A DNA stretch of 64,000 nucleotides from Azolla caroliniana (taxonomy: Eukaryota > Plantae > Polypodiophyta): positions 5,952,001 to 6,016,000 of the forward strand of contig JBHGNT010000012.1 in NCBI GenBank assembly GCA_043228905.1, written 5' to 3'. Shown here piece after piece: positions 1 through 12,750 of this stretch. A program made the translations under genes and the position numbers. The notes below the pieces were generated by a model. It was not told the DNA's origin. It worked only from the letters and a program-made list of their open reading frames with translations, and ran no database searches. Every line of letters begins with the position of its first letter. Positions within the stretch are counted from its first letter, which is position 1.

Positions 1-2
1 CT

Positions 3-407
3 ATGCAGAATCCCTCTCTGATTATTAGTAGTAATAATAATAATCCAACACATCATCATGAAGTCCTTACCAATTCTGCAGATTTAATGAATAATTGTCG
101 AAACTTCTTTAATATACAAACCACCACAGCTCCTCCTGCAATATGCTTTAATAGTAGTAACAGCAATAATAATATGGTTAATGTTGCGTCGAGGTTTAAC
201 ACTAATGGATTTAGTAATCTTCTTTCACGGCCTCAGCAGTTAACGGCTGCAGTTTCTTCAGTAACTAATGGAAACGATAATTTTACAATACCAGATAAAT
301 CATCCTCCATCGTTCTTAATAATTCTTCTTCGAGTTATAGCAGTGGATTTCAGCTGCAGTACATTTTGCGGCAAAAACAAGACATTGATCAAATCATCAA
401 TCTTCAT
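3..407 (+). CDS. BOI/BRG (SBP-family) RING E3 ubiquitin ligase, exon 1 (N-terminus may extend upstream of the window)
   Basis: Asn/Ser-rich ORF ending LRQKQDIDQIINLH, then GT donor at 408 (CAT|GTAAGA), phase 0; joins exon 2 to give the family-typical QxxxIDQxIxxH-GEQM coiled-coil start. Confidence 0.85.
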
Positions 408-706
408 GTAAGATAATCGAAATAGTATATTTCTAATCAGCATCTTATAATTCTTATCGTCATTCTCGTAGTATTTTAAACCTGAGTTGTGATTGTTATG
501 CTTGCTTTCAGAATTGATTATGACCCTTCCGGATAGTGGCTTGCTATTAGTAGATCCTTTTAGATGCTGTAAATCACGGGATGGTGTAAGATTAGTTTTA
601 ATAATTTTTACAATGATGAGATCAATATTTGTGTGCTGGTACTAGTTGTGTATGTTGTTGATATTATTACATACGTCTGAAAAAGTAGCTTGATTGTGTT
701 GAAATC

Positions 707-1115
707 TGATAGCCTTTTTCTTGAACTGATCAGTTTGAAAAACGATAGCCATTTCCTTGAACTGATCAGCCTGAAAAACGAATAACTTAGAATTTCTTTC
801 TTTTTTCTTTGTGATCGTAAAAGAGATGTCTTACGTTCGATAAATTAATCGATATGATTGTTGAAGAAGTGATATACGGATACAAGGTTCTTATGTGATC
901 ATAAATTAGTAGTGGTTATATGATTTCTGATCTATCAAGTAATAAATATTTGTTTCCTTTGAACTTTAACGTCGAAGCCTATCTCTGAAGACTAGAGACC
1001 ACATAAGCATTTATTTGATCTCTTGATGAATGAAAACAATGATAACATGCAAGCTAGAACCACGCATAAGCATTTATTTGAACTCTTGATAAACGAAAAC
1101 TGATAACGTGCAAGC
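707..1115. repeat. Two short local tandem duplications in the BOI intron (~36 bp x2 at 707-781; ~60 bp x2 at ~993-1115)
   Basis: GATAGCC.TTT.CTTGAACTGATCAG..TGAAAAACG twice; CATAAGCATTTATTTGA.CTCTTGAT..A.GAAAAC twice. Confidence 0.7.
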
Positions 1116-1251
1116 CTTTCTTTGAATTTAATTGATTGACAAGGAAAACTGAATGAATAATCTAATTTTTCTTCGATTTAATTTCTTCTGATGAATCCTG
1201 CTTGATGAAAAACTGATAGATTAAGCTTTTCTTTAATGTCTTGATCATTAG

Positions 1252-1893
1252 GGAGAACAGATGAAGAAAGCTATGGAACGAAAAATCCAACATCATAACA
1301 GGTCTCTCTTAGTTCTAATGCAAAAATGCATGGAATCAAGCATGAGAGAGAAAGAGATAGAAATCGAGGAAGCGAAACACAGGAATCAAGAACTAGAAGA
1401 ACGAGTGAAACAGATCAGCTTAGAATCTCATTTATGGCAAAATGCAGCTCGCCACAATGAAGCCATGGTGAATAGCTTAAGAAGTAATCTAGAACAAATC
1501 CTAGCTCAAAGCAGAGAACAACAAATCAATAATTTCGGAAGCCACGGTAACGATAACTATAATATGAAAGAAGGATGTGGAGAGACAGATGGTGATCATA
1601 TTGATGCAGACGAACATATAGATGCAGAATCTTGTGTTTATGGAGAAATAATAAGAGGAAGGAAAGATTACCACAGGGATGAAGATCATCATAACGTAGG
1701 AAATCCTTTGCTGAAGGAATCAATAATGGCAGGAAAACATCCTTGTCGGTTTTGCAAGAAGAATGAGGTCTGCATTCTTCTTCTTCCTTGCAGACATCTT
1801 TGTCTGTGCAAAGAATGTGATACCCGATTTGCTCATAATTGTCCTATTTGTGGATGCACAAAGAATGCAAGTATGCGCGTTTACTTGGACTGA
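1252..1893 (+). CDS. BOI/BRG (SBP-family) RING E3 ubiquitin ligase, exon 2
   Basis: AG acceptor at 1250-1251, reads GEQMKKAME...; coiled coil with WQNAARHNEAMVNSLRSNLEQ, DAES motif and C-terminal RING-HC CRFCKKNEVCILLLPCRHLCLCKECD...CPIC. Confidence 0.92.
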   Translation, partial: GEQMKKAMERKIQHHNRSLLVLMQKCMESSMREKEIEIEEAKHRNQELEERVKQISLESHLWQNAARHNEAMVNSLRSNLEQILAQSREQQINNFGSHGNDNYNMKEGCGETDGDHIDADEHIDAESCVYGEIIRGRKDYHRDEDHHNVGNPLLKESIMAGKHPCRFCKKNEVCILLLPCRHLCLCKECDTRFAHNCPICGCTKNASMRVYLD

Positions 1894-4800
1894 AGTTTGA
1901 TGATCAGATCATTCAGCTTTAAAGGGTTCCTTGATTGTTCATCTTCTATATATAAGGTTTCTCATTCTTTTCATGAAAATTTCCTACCGTCCGAGTTCAG
2001 ATCATTATCTGGTTTTGCCATAATTACAGATTAAATGCAAGGGATTTCTCTGCATAGATACTACTAAATTCCTCTCATCAGTTCTGCTACAATTGCAGAT
2101 AGGAATTTCTCTGCATAGATACTGCTAAATTCTTTTCATCAGTTTTGCTACTATTATATGTAATGAATCGAGAGAGTTTCTGCCCAGAAACTTTTCTGAT
2201 CATCAGTTTAACTGCCTATGATCAGTTTATCTATAGATGACAGTAGAAGAGGTTTCCTTCCTTTCATCAAACCTGTCTACCTTCCTACCGCCTATCTGAT
2301 TCTGCAGCAATTACAAAACAGATTTTCTGGACAGATGCTTATTTCCATCAGAGTTTTGCAGACCGTAATATAGAATATAATTTCTAACAGATGCCTCTGT
2401 TATTCAGTTTTCCATTAGAAGAGGTTTTATTCACAGATGCTGCTTTTGATCATCAGTTTTCGTCAGTCTTCCAGACAACTAGTTTCTGCACAGGTGCTGC
2501 TCTTGATCATCAGTTGTTTTCGTCTTCCAAATATCTAAATTTGCAATAACTGGTGAACAGATTGTACCTTTCAAATAACATCAGCGTTTGCAAAATCAGA
2601 TGATAAGAATAGAAATTTTTTGGTGCACGGATGCTTATAAAATAAACTTGACTTTCCTTTCCAAGTGAGATCTGGTCCTGTGGAGCAAGAAACCAGAGCA
2701 GACTTGAATGAGATAGAATCCGAAATGTTTCCCACTGCATTATATTGTATATGCTCTCAGTACAGAATACAAACAAATCTCTAATGAATAATGTGTACAT
2801 ATACCAATATTGTTTCCTTCCACATTTTTTGTCCTTGGATCTGTCATAAACATATACTTGAAAATTCTCCTCATTTTGCTCTTTTTCTTTACATAATTTT
2901 TATTGGAATGTCGTGATTCCAGAAATGCCAGTGTTTGCTGAAGTGTTCATCCGTAGATTTGGTGAAAAATATCCCATGTTTTGAGAATTCATTGCTAGGT
3001 TTGGTGCAGAGTTTGTAGATAACACTGTTTTCTCAGAAATAATCCATGTATTTAGAGAAACGTGTCTCCCAACAAATTATATGTGTGTTTGGCAACATAT
3101 TTCCCGGAAATGATAGAATGGATTTGGAATTTTCCAGAAATGCATGACCCCCTCCCCCTACTGGAAAATCATCCATCCATTTGATATGGACACCAACTTT
3201 CTCCAAACAAATTTAGTTCGTAAGGTAAATTCTTATCTTCTGAGTTCTTGATATGGACACTAATTTCCCACAAACAAATTTAGTTCGTAAGGTGAATTCT
3301 TATCTTCTGCTACTAATATTTTTGAGGAAATAGAAATCCTTTGGTATTTGTCTGACCCATGCATTTCTGTAACTGCAACTCAATTATCAATATTGGTGTA
3401 GAGTGAGTTGAATATTAGTTACCACTGATGATGGACTATTTGTTATAAATTTAAGTCAGTGTTTGAATGAAAACACACTTATGTTCAACGTATGATGGCT
3501 GGCAGTGAGGGAGTATATGTAAATTATGTCTCCACACTATTCCGTGTAGTGTATAGTATATGGCTCTGTGTACTCTGGTCTGTGTACAATTCCTATGTAA
3601 TTACATACTAATATATGTATATGTATATACATGTATGTATATATAGTGTATATATACACACATGTATAATATATATGCTATAGTATATGAACATGTACAC
3701 TAAAAATTTGCAGCATTATTATTAATGAATAAAAAGTATTAGCATGCCTTGAAACAAAACACGAAATTCGAGCTTCCAAACGCTGTATATACGACTAAGA
3801 TATAAAAATCATTGATGCACTAACTCAAAAGTGATTGAAAAGGCAAACCACTGAATTAAGGTCGTCCTTTAGCCTAAATCATTGCTTCAACTCTCACCCA
3901 AGTGATGGAAGAAAAGAAAGCATTTTAGAATCCATTTCTTCAGTGTATTTGGCTGGTGCAATTAAGTGCTCTGGAGTCTGAGGCTATAATCAATCCCCAT
4001 CTTTCCACAAGTTTATAAAGAAGGCCCAAACTTCCACACAGTAAATATATTTGTAGTGTATATTTTTTTATGAAATCTGAGAGAAAGTGGTAGCTATATT
4101 CATATATAATGTATTGAGTTATTATATGAATAGAATTACATATAGCGTTAAGTTGTGATTGATATTGACTTGCAATAAAAGGATTCTAGGAGTGAGTTAA
4201 ACCATAAAAACCACCTACTTCATGAGCTCTAAAGTAATACTTTGTCACTGGCTAGTTAGTTTCATACTATCATCCGAGGTTGAGGGAGGAGATTGACTAA
4301 CAATTGATGGTTCCCCTCCCTCTCCTTTAGAAAGGTGGCTTAGTATATAGTCTCACATGTTTCTTAATTCATCATTACAAAACTAACGATGACGAGCCTT
4401 CGGATTTATGGACTATCACTCGTTCATCTCTATGAAGCAAAGAGCATTAGGGTGTTCGGTTTATACATTGCGAATAGTACATTATTTTCCCTAACTAAGT
4501 GTGATAAGGAGGGATTAATCTTTTGGAGAGTTCCCATTCAAAGAAAGATTCAGGAGATATATAGAGTTTTAGGGTTTTATACATGATAACTAGCTAGGTG
4601 TCCCAACTAAGAGGATATTGTTTCTTTTAGGTCCTCAGGTTCAGTCAAGACTCAAGACTTACTCTATTATGGGACCCTCTTTGGGATTGCCTTTTATCAC
4701 TTGTGCATTAAGAAAAGGAAACAATATATACTAAATGTGTGTGTGTGTACCATCATCATATTTATATCCTTTACATTAATGTGTGTTTATCTCTCCTTTA

Positions 4801-6309
4801 ATTAATGAATCTAAAGCGCAATACTTGTTCCTTGTACTTTTCAGTAATTATTATTTTAAATAATGTCAAAAGGTAGTGCGGGCAACATCTTTTCAACACT
4901 AGGCAATATCTCTATTTCAATGCCTGATCTCTCTCTCTCTCTCTCTCATGATTATCACATCAATGCATATTTACACACACATTTGACAGGATTGGGATGA
5001 GGAAGAGTTGTTACATGTAACGTCTTGTTGAGATTGGCCTTCTTGAATTTTATGGAGCATGGATGTCACTTTTCTATGATTCTCTTATGGCCCCAAGTTC
5101 CAATCCCAAACATTTCATAACGTTTTCACAATCTATTCAAAGCCGCTAGTGCCTCTCTCTTCACACACATCTATCTCTCATTGCTTGTTTCAATATATTC
5201 TACATCTTTGTGTGAGCCCCGCCACTTTCTTTCTCGTCCCACAATGCCTTAAGATTTCCTCCCTATGGTTTCTTTATCGAGCTAACCTCTTGACAATGAG
5301 TAGTTACCATGAACATACATGTGGATATGGGGAATCGCATGTGTGTAAAGTGTATAATGTATTCACATTTAGTGTCTCTTAATATGGTGGCATGTGAAAG
5401 TAACTCTCCCTTTGTAAGAGCATTGCTCACAACATCATTTTTTTCTTTTTTTCCTCGTCGAGTAGATGTGACAAAAAAGATTGCTAGTGACATACACAAA
5501 AAATAAGACTACAATAGAGTAGGGTCGTTTGCTTTATTTTTTGTCGAATAGACAAGTCACAAAACCCATAAACTTTATCTAGAACCTTGAACCCACAAAG
5601 ATGTCATGCTAGGCTAGTACTATTTGTTTTACAATGTGGAGCATTGTCATCATTTCTTTTGGCTAAATATGCATTGGAGTCTTTCAAAATTCATGCCTTA
5701 TGTCCTCAGAATCTTCCTATGGTGCACATGCTTAGAAAGTCACTAACTTCTTTCTCGCACAAAGTTTTAGGAATATTATCCCTAAAGACTATTGGAGTGC
5801 AACTCACTCACAAAGCACTATGGCTAGATATATTACATAATTAGTCAATTGCATTCACTTTAGGGTCTCAATGATCTTATTGGGAGCCCAAAAAAAGTCA
5901 AGATATTGAAAAACTTTGTTTTCATTTCTTCCATTACTACCTCGATAAATTTCACGGCCCTTACTTTTTACCATTATGCTTACAATTTATTGAAATATGA
6001 AAGCTAGCCACACACTTGGAAAATGCACAAGTGCATATCAAGCAACCTATATTTGTAAGCTCGTACTATGGTTACTTTTTTGGGGGTAAGTAGTCAAATC
6101 CTAAGCCAAATGGTATCGACTAGAGTGCCAAATGATCGAGATTTGGTGAAACGATATGGAGGATTTAAATATAAGATCGAAGATGCCAATTTGTAGATGG
6201 CTCATCAATTCATGATGTAAGGTGTCTACCCGAATCAAACCATGACTTTTTTAGCACTCCTTTGCGTGAAGCATCTGCATTTCCCATGTGTTGAATATTC
6301 TCTTTTTTC

Positions 6310-6548
6310 AATACACTTGCATCCTTTGATTGTTTTGAATTGCTAGCTTTGAACGTACTTGTATCCTTTAGATGCTTATTAATTGACATATTGGGATGAG
6401 TTTTGAATGTACCTCCATCATTTAATTGTTTAATAATTTGTTGAATGTGGGAAAAACTTTGAATATAGTTGCATCCTTTGATTGTTTATTGATTGATTGA
6501 ATATGAGGTGAGTTTTGAATGCACTTTTGTTCTTTGGTTGTTTATTGG
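6310..6548. repeat. Degenerate ~58-bp tandem repeat (~4-5 copies)
   Basis: Recurring TTGAA..TAC.TTGCATCCTTTGATTGTTT..T.ATTG units. Confidence 0.5.
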
Positions 6549-6833
6549 TTCAGGACAATATATGTGAAGAGTTGGATTGAAATAATATTTGGCTCTAGCA
6601 CTTGTATTATGTATATGCGTGTGTAGGACCTAGTCATGTTCTCGTATATTGTCATCCCCCACACACAGACATAGATTATTATGCATCGCGCCCAATTATG
6701 GGATTATTTGGCAACAACGACATAGTAAAACAAAAGAGCAAGCATGGGTTGATTGGCGTTCAAGGAGTCAACCTCAGTTTTTACAAGTGACAACTAATCT
6801 CTTGTACCATTGCATTATTCTGTTCCTTCAATA

Positions 6834-7318
6834 TGTAGTGTCCCTAGGTTGGGCCAACTAGGACACAATCCCAATTTGAACTAGGACTCACCAAGGGGGC
6901 CAATCCTAGTTCCAAAGAAGGTGCCACCTTGGGTTGGGACAATCCAATCCCTAAGGGTAGTCCCAACATCAAGCCACCCCAACGGATAGTCCCAATGGCC
7001 ATATTTGACCTATATAAGGAGGATTACTCCTCATTTGTAACCATTCCCATATTATGAGATTCACTCTCTCCTATTCGCATCTTGGCTCTAAGGAACGTGT
7101 ACCATTTTGTTTTCTCTCCTTTGGTGGTTTTGGAGAGTTATCTTGACTCAATCCCGACTTGTCGCTACTTTGAGTGGTGGATTGTGATTTGTCCCAATTT
7201 GGGATGGTTGCAAGCTTTTGTATTCACATTGAAATATAAACTATGATTTATGTCCTAACTAGTGTCCCCACCTTGTTTTCTTGTGGTTTTGAGACCCCCC
7301 ATATCTAGGGTCATAACA
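6834..7318 (+). mobile_element. Solo LTR (~485 bp)
   Basis: TGTAG...AACA termini, flanks CAATA/CAATG (4/5 TSD), internal TATA CTATATAAGG at ~7010. Confidence 0.65.
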
Positions 7319-7373
7319 CAATGGCTATAATCAAAGGTTGAATAGGAATGGAAGGTATGTAATGATTAGTGGT

Positions 7374-8536
7374 TGTAAAGATTATGTGCAGAACCTAAAA
7401 CAAAACACAATCGGCTCAGCCGGCAACAATAGAGAAAACACAAAGAAAAAATGGAGATACACAGAACACGGGAGAGAAAGAGAGAGTAGAAGACTCAAGA
7501 AACTCTATTAAAAAATAATACACTCTGTGTACATAAAAATGTGCTCAGAGGGCACTTTTATACAAGCCCTAACAATGGGACACAAGTACTGTTAGTACTT
7601 CAATGCTCACATAAGAGCATCTGACACTAACTCCTAAAGCTATAACTATCAACTAAACTAGGAGGGTAGGCCTCTAACGGCTTGCCAACTCCCTGTCACA
7701 GACACACCAAGCGCGGACTAATATGGAGCATGGATGATGAGGCTATGACGGAGCGATGATGCGAGGAGCTTAAGACGGGGAATGACACAAGAGCATAAAG
7801 ATAGAGATGAAGATCAAGGAGAGAGGATGGGCGAAATGGGAATACTAGATTGATATGTCCATGACTGGCGTTGTTCACCTTGAATTCCTTCAAGGTGAAC
7901 TCAACTATTTATACTAAGTGGCATGCATACCTGTTGCACGCATGTGATACAATAGAGCATGTAGGCAGTAGGTACGCATGCATGTGCCAAGTGTTAATAA
8001 TACAAGGGAGAAATTATGCACATGATGCTAGCTAAAACCTACAATGAGGAAGTATATACATGATTATATGCTAGATGTGTGGTTAACACATAACACTCGA
8101 TTATAACATGGTCATGTCAAGAGTTCGAATCTTGACACTCCCCACCGATCCAGCCCAGCCCATGTAGAGCTTTCTCCTCAACACTCCCTCTCAAGCTCAA
8201 CTTGAGGTTCCTCCTGCTCTCCTCGTTCCTTGCCTTGGCGCCTGGCACGTGCACCTCGATTTGTCTGATCTCGTGCTCTTAGACCCTTATGGTCTGCTCG
8301 TGAGGCCCTTCTCAGCTCCCACAATGTTATGGCTTTGGCACCCGTTTACTTCTTCGTTTTGGTGTCGGCTTCGACTCCCTTCTCGTCTGCCTGGCCTTCA
8401 TATGATTCGGCTCTTTCAAATCAAACTTCTCAACCGAATCGACTGTCTCCGATTCGTCTTTTGTCTTGCCTTTGACCACATCTGCCCATGTCCTGGTCCT
8501 TGCCTTCTTCTTCCGGTTGGCTCTATCATAGACATA
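7374..8536 (-). mobile_element. 3' end of a Ty1/copia element: post-RNaseH region, PPT and 3' LTR (7374-8183)
   Basis: Minus strand reads ...CTTGAGAGGGAG-TGTTGAGGAGAAAGC (PPT + LTR start), as in the copia at 38101-38140; ORF 8327-8530 is homologous to 37660-37896. Confidence 0.7.
7694..8137 (-). mobile_element. Solo LTR (444 bp) nested in the copia LTR
   Basis: TGTCA...TGACA termini with perfect 5-bp TSD CTCCC (7689-7693, 8138-8142); shares GTTGTTCACCTTGA...CAAGGTG..TATTTATAC with the LTR-like segment at ~40780. Confidence 0.8.
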
Positions 8537-8546
8537 TGTCACGCCA

Positions 8547-8620
8547 TGGTGGAAGGTAGGGATTGAACCCAAGACTTCCTAGTCTCCATTGGGCAACCCT
8601 ACCAACTAAGCTATTGGGTT
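8547..8620 (-). other. tRNA-derived (Pol III A/B box) sequence at the U5 end of the copia 3' LTR
   Basis: Minus strand: TAGCTTAGTTGG (A box) ... GGGTTCAATCCC (B box) ... CCACCA, ending 10 nt before the LTR end; acceptor stem does not pair. Confidence 0.6.
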
Positions 8621-8718
8621 CTTGCTGTGTATCCCAAAAAACTTTACCACTTTAGGGTTATGAGAGTTTTTTTGGACAGGGGGAAAAACCTCCTAAAGAG
8701 GGAAAAAATACCCCTGTA

Positions 8719-8878
8719 GTCCTAAGTGTGTTCACACACATTACTGTCCTAAGTGTGTTCACACACATTACTGTCCTAAGTGTGTTCACACATTACTGTC
8801 CTAAATGTGTTCACACACATCACTATCCTAAGTGTGTTCACACATCATTGTCCTAAGTGTGTTCACACACATCACTAC
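8719..8878. repeat. 27-bp tandem repeat (~6 copies) inside the copia LTR
   Basis: GTCCTAAGTGTGTTCACACACATTACT repeated. Confidence 0.9.
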
Positions 8879-8956
8879 CAAAATATGTCAACAAAGCCCC
8901 CTTGGGAGTGATGCGGTGAACAAGGAGCTGACACTCATGGTTAAACAAGTGCCAAA

Positions 8957-10508
8957 CTACGTGGATAGAGATGAATCCACAAATGGGATTAGGCCTAAAG
9001 CTTTGCGGAAAGCTTCAAACTTCTCCCTAGGCAGAGCCTTTGTGAAGAGGTTTGCAATGTTCTCCTGCGTGGGCACATAAGCCAAACTGATCTCTCTAGC
9101 GGAGAACCTTTCCCTGACATAGTGATAATGCACCTTAATGTGCTTAGTGCGAGCATGGAACATAGGGTTCCTCGCAACTGCCATTGCGCTTTGACTGTCA
9201 GTGAAGATGGTGGTGGCAGAAGACTGATCAACACCTAAATAAGCTAAAAGGCGTCTGAGCCACACACACTCAACTGTAGCTGTGAAAGCTGCCCTATACT
9301 CAGCCTCACAACTAGAAGTGGCCATAGTAGGCTGCTTCTTGCTCAACCAAGATATGCATGAGCTACCAAGCATGAAGCAAAAACCACTTGTGGACACACG
9401 AGTGTCATAACAACCAACCCAATCAGAGTCAGAAAAAGCATGCAGGTTTGGCAGTAATGATCCCCCCTTGGGATAAAACAACCCAAGTGACCGGGTACCA
9501 CTCAAGTAGCGAAAGATGCGCTTAACTGCCTGCCAATGCTTAACTCCTGGGCAATGCATAAACATGCTCATCTTAGAGACAACAAACTGAATGTCAGGTC
9601 GGATTATGCATAAGTAAATCAAGCATCCAACTGCCTGCTGATAGAGAACAACATCAAATGCATCTCCAACATCATGAAGGCTCAAACGTAAACCTGTCTC
9701 CATGGGAGTGGCAATAGGTTTACAGTTTTCAAAGCCAAAACGTTGTAATAATGTGTCAATGTATTTCGATTGACACAAAGCTATTCCACCATCAACTTGC
9801 ATGAATTGAATGCCCAAATAATGATGCAAATGCCCCAAATTTGACATCTCAAAAGAGGCATGCAAATCAACCTTAAAGTTAGCAATATGCTTCTCATTGG
9901 GAGCAGTGAGCAACATATCATCAACATACACAACCATGATCAGAAATACATCATCAACACACTTAACATATAAGGTGCTTTCAGTTGGACTATTCTCAAA
10001 CCCAAATGCAATCAAATAGGCATGTATCTTTTCATACCAAGAACGTGGTGCTTGCTTCAAGCCATATAATGCCTTTCTCAACCTACACACTTTGTATTCA
10101 TGCCCTTTCTACACAAAACACTTCCTCATGAAGATCACCATTTAGAAATGCTATTTTAATGTCCAACTGATGTACATTCCAACCACGATGAGCTGCAATT
10201 GCACAGATGCTACGAATAGTTGTCATACGACAGGTGGGATCAAAGGTTTCATCAAAATCAATGCCTTTTTCTCGGGCATAACCTTTTGCAACAAGACTAG
10301 CCTTATACCTGTCAATTGTTCCATCAGGTTTACGCTTTAGCTTATATACCCACTTAGTGCCAATAGCCTTCTTGCCAAGAGGCAAGTCACATAAAGACCA
10401 TGTACTAGTCTTCATAATAGCATCATATTCTGATTGCATAACATCCATCCAATTTTTTGAATTTTGTGCTTCATCAAAAGAAACATGCTCATTCTCATCG
10501 TATAACAA
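8957..10508 (-). pseudogene. Copia reverse transcriptase / RNase H (frameshifted)
   Basis: KWVYKLK, QLDIKIAFLNGDL, LYGLKQAPR, YVDDML, SDSDW, HARTKHI motifs. Confidence 0.95.
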
Positions 10509-10724
10509 TCTGATGCAAAAGAAGCACTATGATAACCTGAACGAGTACGATATGACAAAGGAAAATGCAATTTACTGTCTTGCAAAGTCTACAACAACCA
10601 TTTAGGCACAGTCTTTGCCTCCTCTATATCAACCCTCTCATTAATAAGTGCATCATGTAAGTCTGCATCAGAAATAGAATGATCTGCATCATTATGAGTA
10701 GCTTCCAAAGGCTGAGAAGGTGCC

Positions 10725-11272
10725 TCAAGTGGGCCAAACACTTAACTGTCCACTTGTAAAAAGAGGCAACAAAGTGTCATACACATCTCTGGAGCTAACT
10801 GATGTCTCCTTAGGACATGAAAGAAGTGGCTGAATTGCATCCTCCACAAAAACAAAATCACGGCTAACCAAAATGCTTTTAGATTGTGGAGGATACAAAC
10901 GATAGCCTTTACTTTCAGAACTGTATCCTACAAAAATACATTTCACTGCTTTATCATCCAATTTTTTGCGTTGTTGTTTAGGCACTAATGCATATGCCAA
11001 ACAACCAAAAACACGCAGATGAGAAATATATGGCTTTTGGCCATGCCAAGCTTCATATGGAGTGATAGAGTGCAATGCTTTAGTGGGACACCTGTTAAGT
11101 ACATATGCTGCACACATGACAACCTCAAGCCATAAACTATGTGGTAAGGCCTGACTTTTGACCATACACCTCGCCATTTCCATGAGTGACTTTCCATGAG
11201 TGACTTGTTCTTTCTTTTAACAACTCCATTTTGTTGAGGTGTATATGACACTATACACTAATGTTTTATCCC
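10725..11272 (-). pseudogene. Copia integrase, C-terminal half
   Basis: YTPQQNG, YVLNRCPT, HLRVFGCLAY, KCIFVGY motifs. Confidence 0.9.
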
Positions 11273-11394
11273 ACATTGTCGAGAAAATCCTCCCGTGTTC
11301 GCGAAATGAAGCGAGACCACTGGGGTCTTGGACTGGAAGGATTCGATGTTTTTAGTAGCGTCAGCGAGAAATTATTGAAGATAGATAGATGGAT

Positions 11395-11440
<46 letters not shown>

Positions 11441-11739
11441 ATATAGAGATTGAACGCTTGACTTTAGTTTTACGAGATAAGATATATCACCATTAGGATA
11501 ACTCCGATCTTTGATTAAAAGTTTCTTTTTTTACTTACATCGCTTGCCTCCCTTACACAAGCCCAACTATAGGCTTTTATAGGTCTCTCCATGCAAAAAC
11601 CATGGGCTAAACCCACGGGCTAAAACCATGGGCTAAAACCATGAGCTGAAACCATGGTTTTGTACCCACGGTTCCTATATGTTTGATTCCTACAAAATAC
11701 TGAATATGAAAAGAAAATATGCAAATTCTAAAACACTTA

Positions 11740-11815
11740 GTAGTGGCTTTAGTGGTAAGGTAATTTGTCTCCTATCTTGGAGGTGCAAGGTTCAAGCCTT
11801 GCTTTCACCCCTATG
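11740..11815 (+). other. tRNA-derived Pol III cassette inside LTR (antisense to the LTR)
   Basis: TGGCTTTAGTGG A box; perfect T-arm-like GCAAGG-TTCAAG-CCTTGC containing the B box. Confidence 0.6.
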
Positions 11816-12750
11816 TATGCACTTAAATGCTTTAGTTTTATTTTTATATTTACAATTGAGCGAACATCACATGTGCACATGTTTAACTTTACATCTAACT
11901 TTTCTTTTATGATTCTCATTTCAGTCCTATTAACAACATGCTAGCATATGCGTGTGGCCTTCACCCCTTTTACACGTTGTCAAGTTATTTCGCTTTCGAT
12001 TGGGAAATAAGCCAGGACCACGGGGGCCCTGAACCGAGGAGATAGCGAAAGAAGAGGAAGGGAGACGCGCGTGCGCGTAGGGTTGGGTAGACCTGTCTAC
12101 AACCGACAACACTTGCCGGAGAAACACAGATAGACGAAAAACAGGAGATTCAATTACAACAACAGTAACAATTATAGTGTTAGCAAGATTACAACCGGCT
12201 AGCCAGCGACAGACCCAACCCAGACAATCAGACACCCATGCGCACACACAGTAGAGCCTTGCCGGAACGCACACGGCTTTCCTCGAAGCAGAGGCAACCC
12301 ACCTAGAATCCTACAGAGAGCAACGAAAAAGGAGGAGAGAGCTCGGTTCCCAATCCGACAACACCTCGTCCTTGCCTAAAACGCGATCCCCTCTTAGTCC
12401 CCTCTCCTCTCCTTTTATAGACCAAGGAGAGAGACGTTACGATATGTTCCATCACTTTTATTCTATGTCCCTTTTGATAGAGATACCCCTCGATTCTCTA
12501 CCTAATGCATACGCACTACCTAGGATATTCACATCGCCGACCTGTACCTAACTATGTACAATACATCAAAACATGTGCCCGTGTGTAAGGGCCGGTTCAC
12601 GCACACTATCCACCGATTCCTCGTAGGGGGCGGTTTTCTCCACGACATCCGCCCCCACCTAACTGCGCATCCACCGGTATGCGCAAGAATAGACCTTTGC
12701 CGGAGAAAACCGGCCCGTGCATATCTTTCGTTCTCTGGATCGCCATCTGC

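Noticed and set aside
2040-3309. Short duplications downstream of the BOI gene (2040-2151, 3181-3309) and the 96-aa ORF at 2510-2800
   Set aside because: Ordinary two-copy local duplications; the ORF has no recognisable features.
4150-6800. Possible very old LTR/gypsy remnants and short ORFs
   Set aside because: Only faint motif traces, with no definable termini, TSD or convincing domain.
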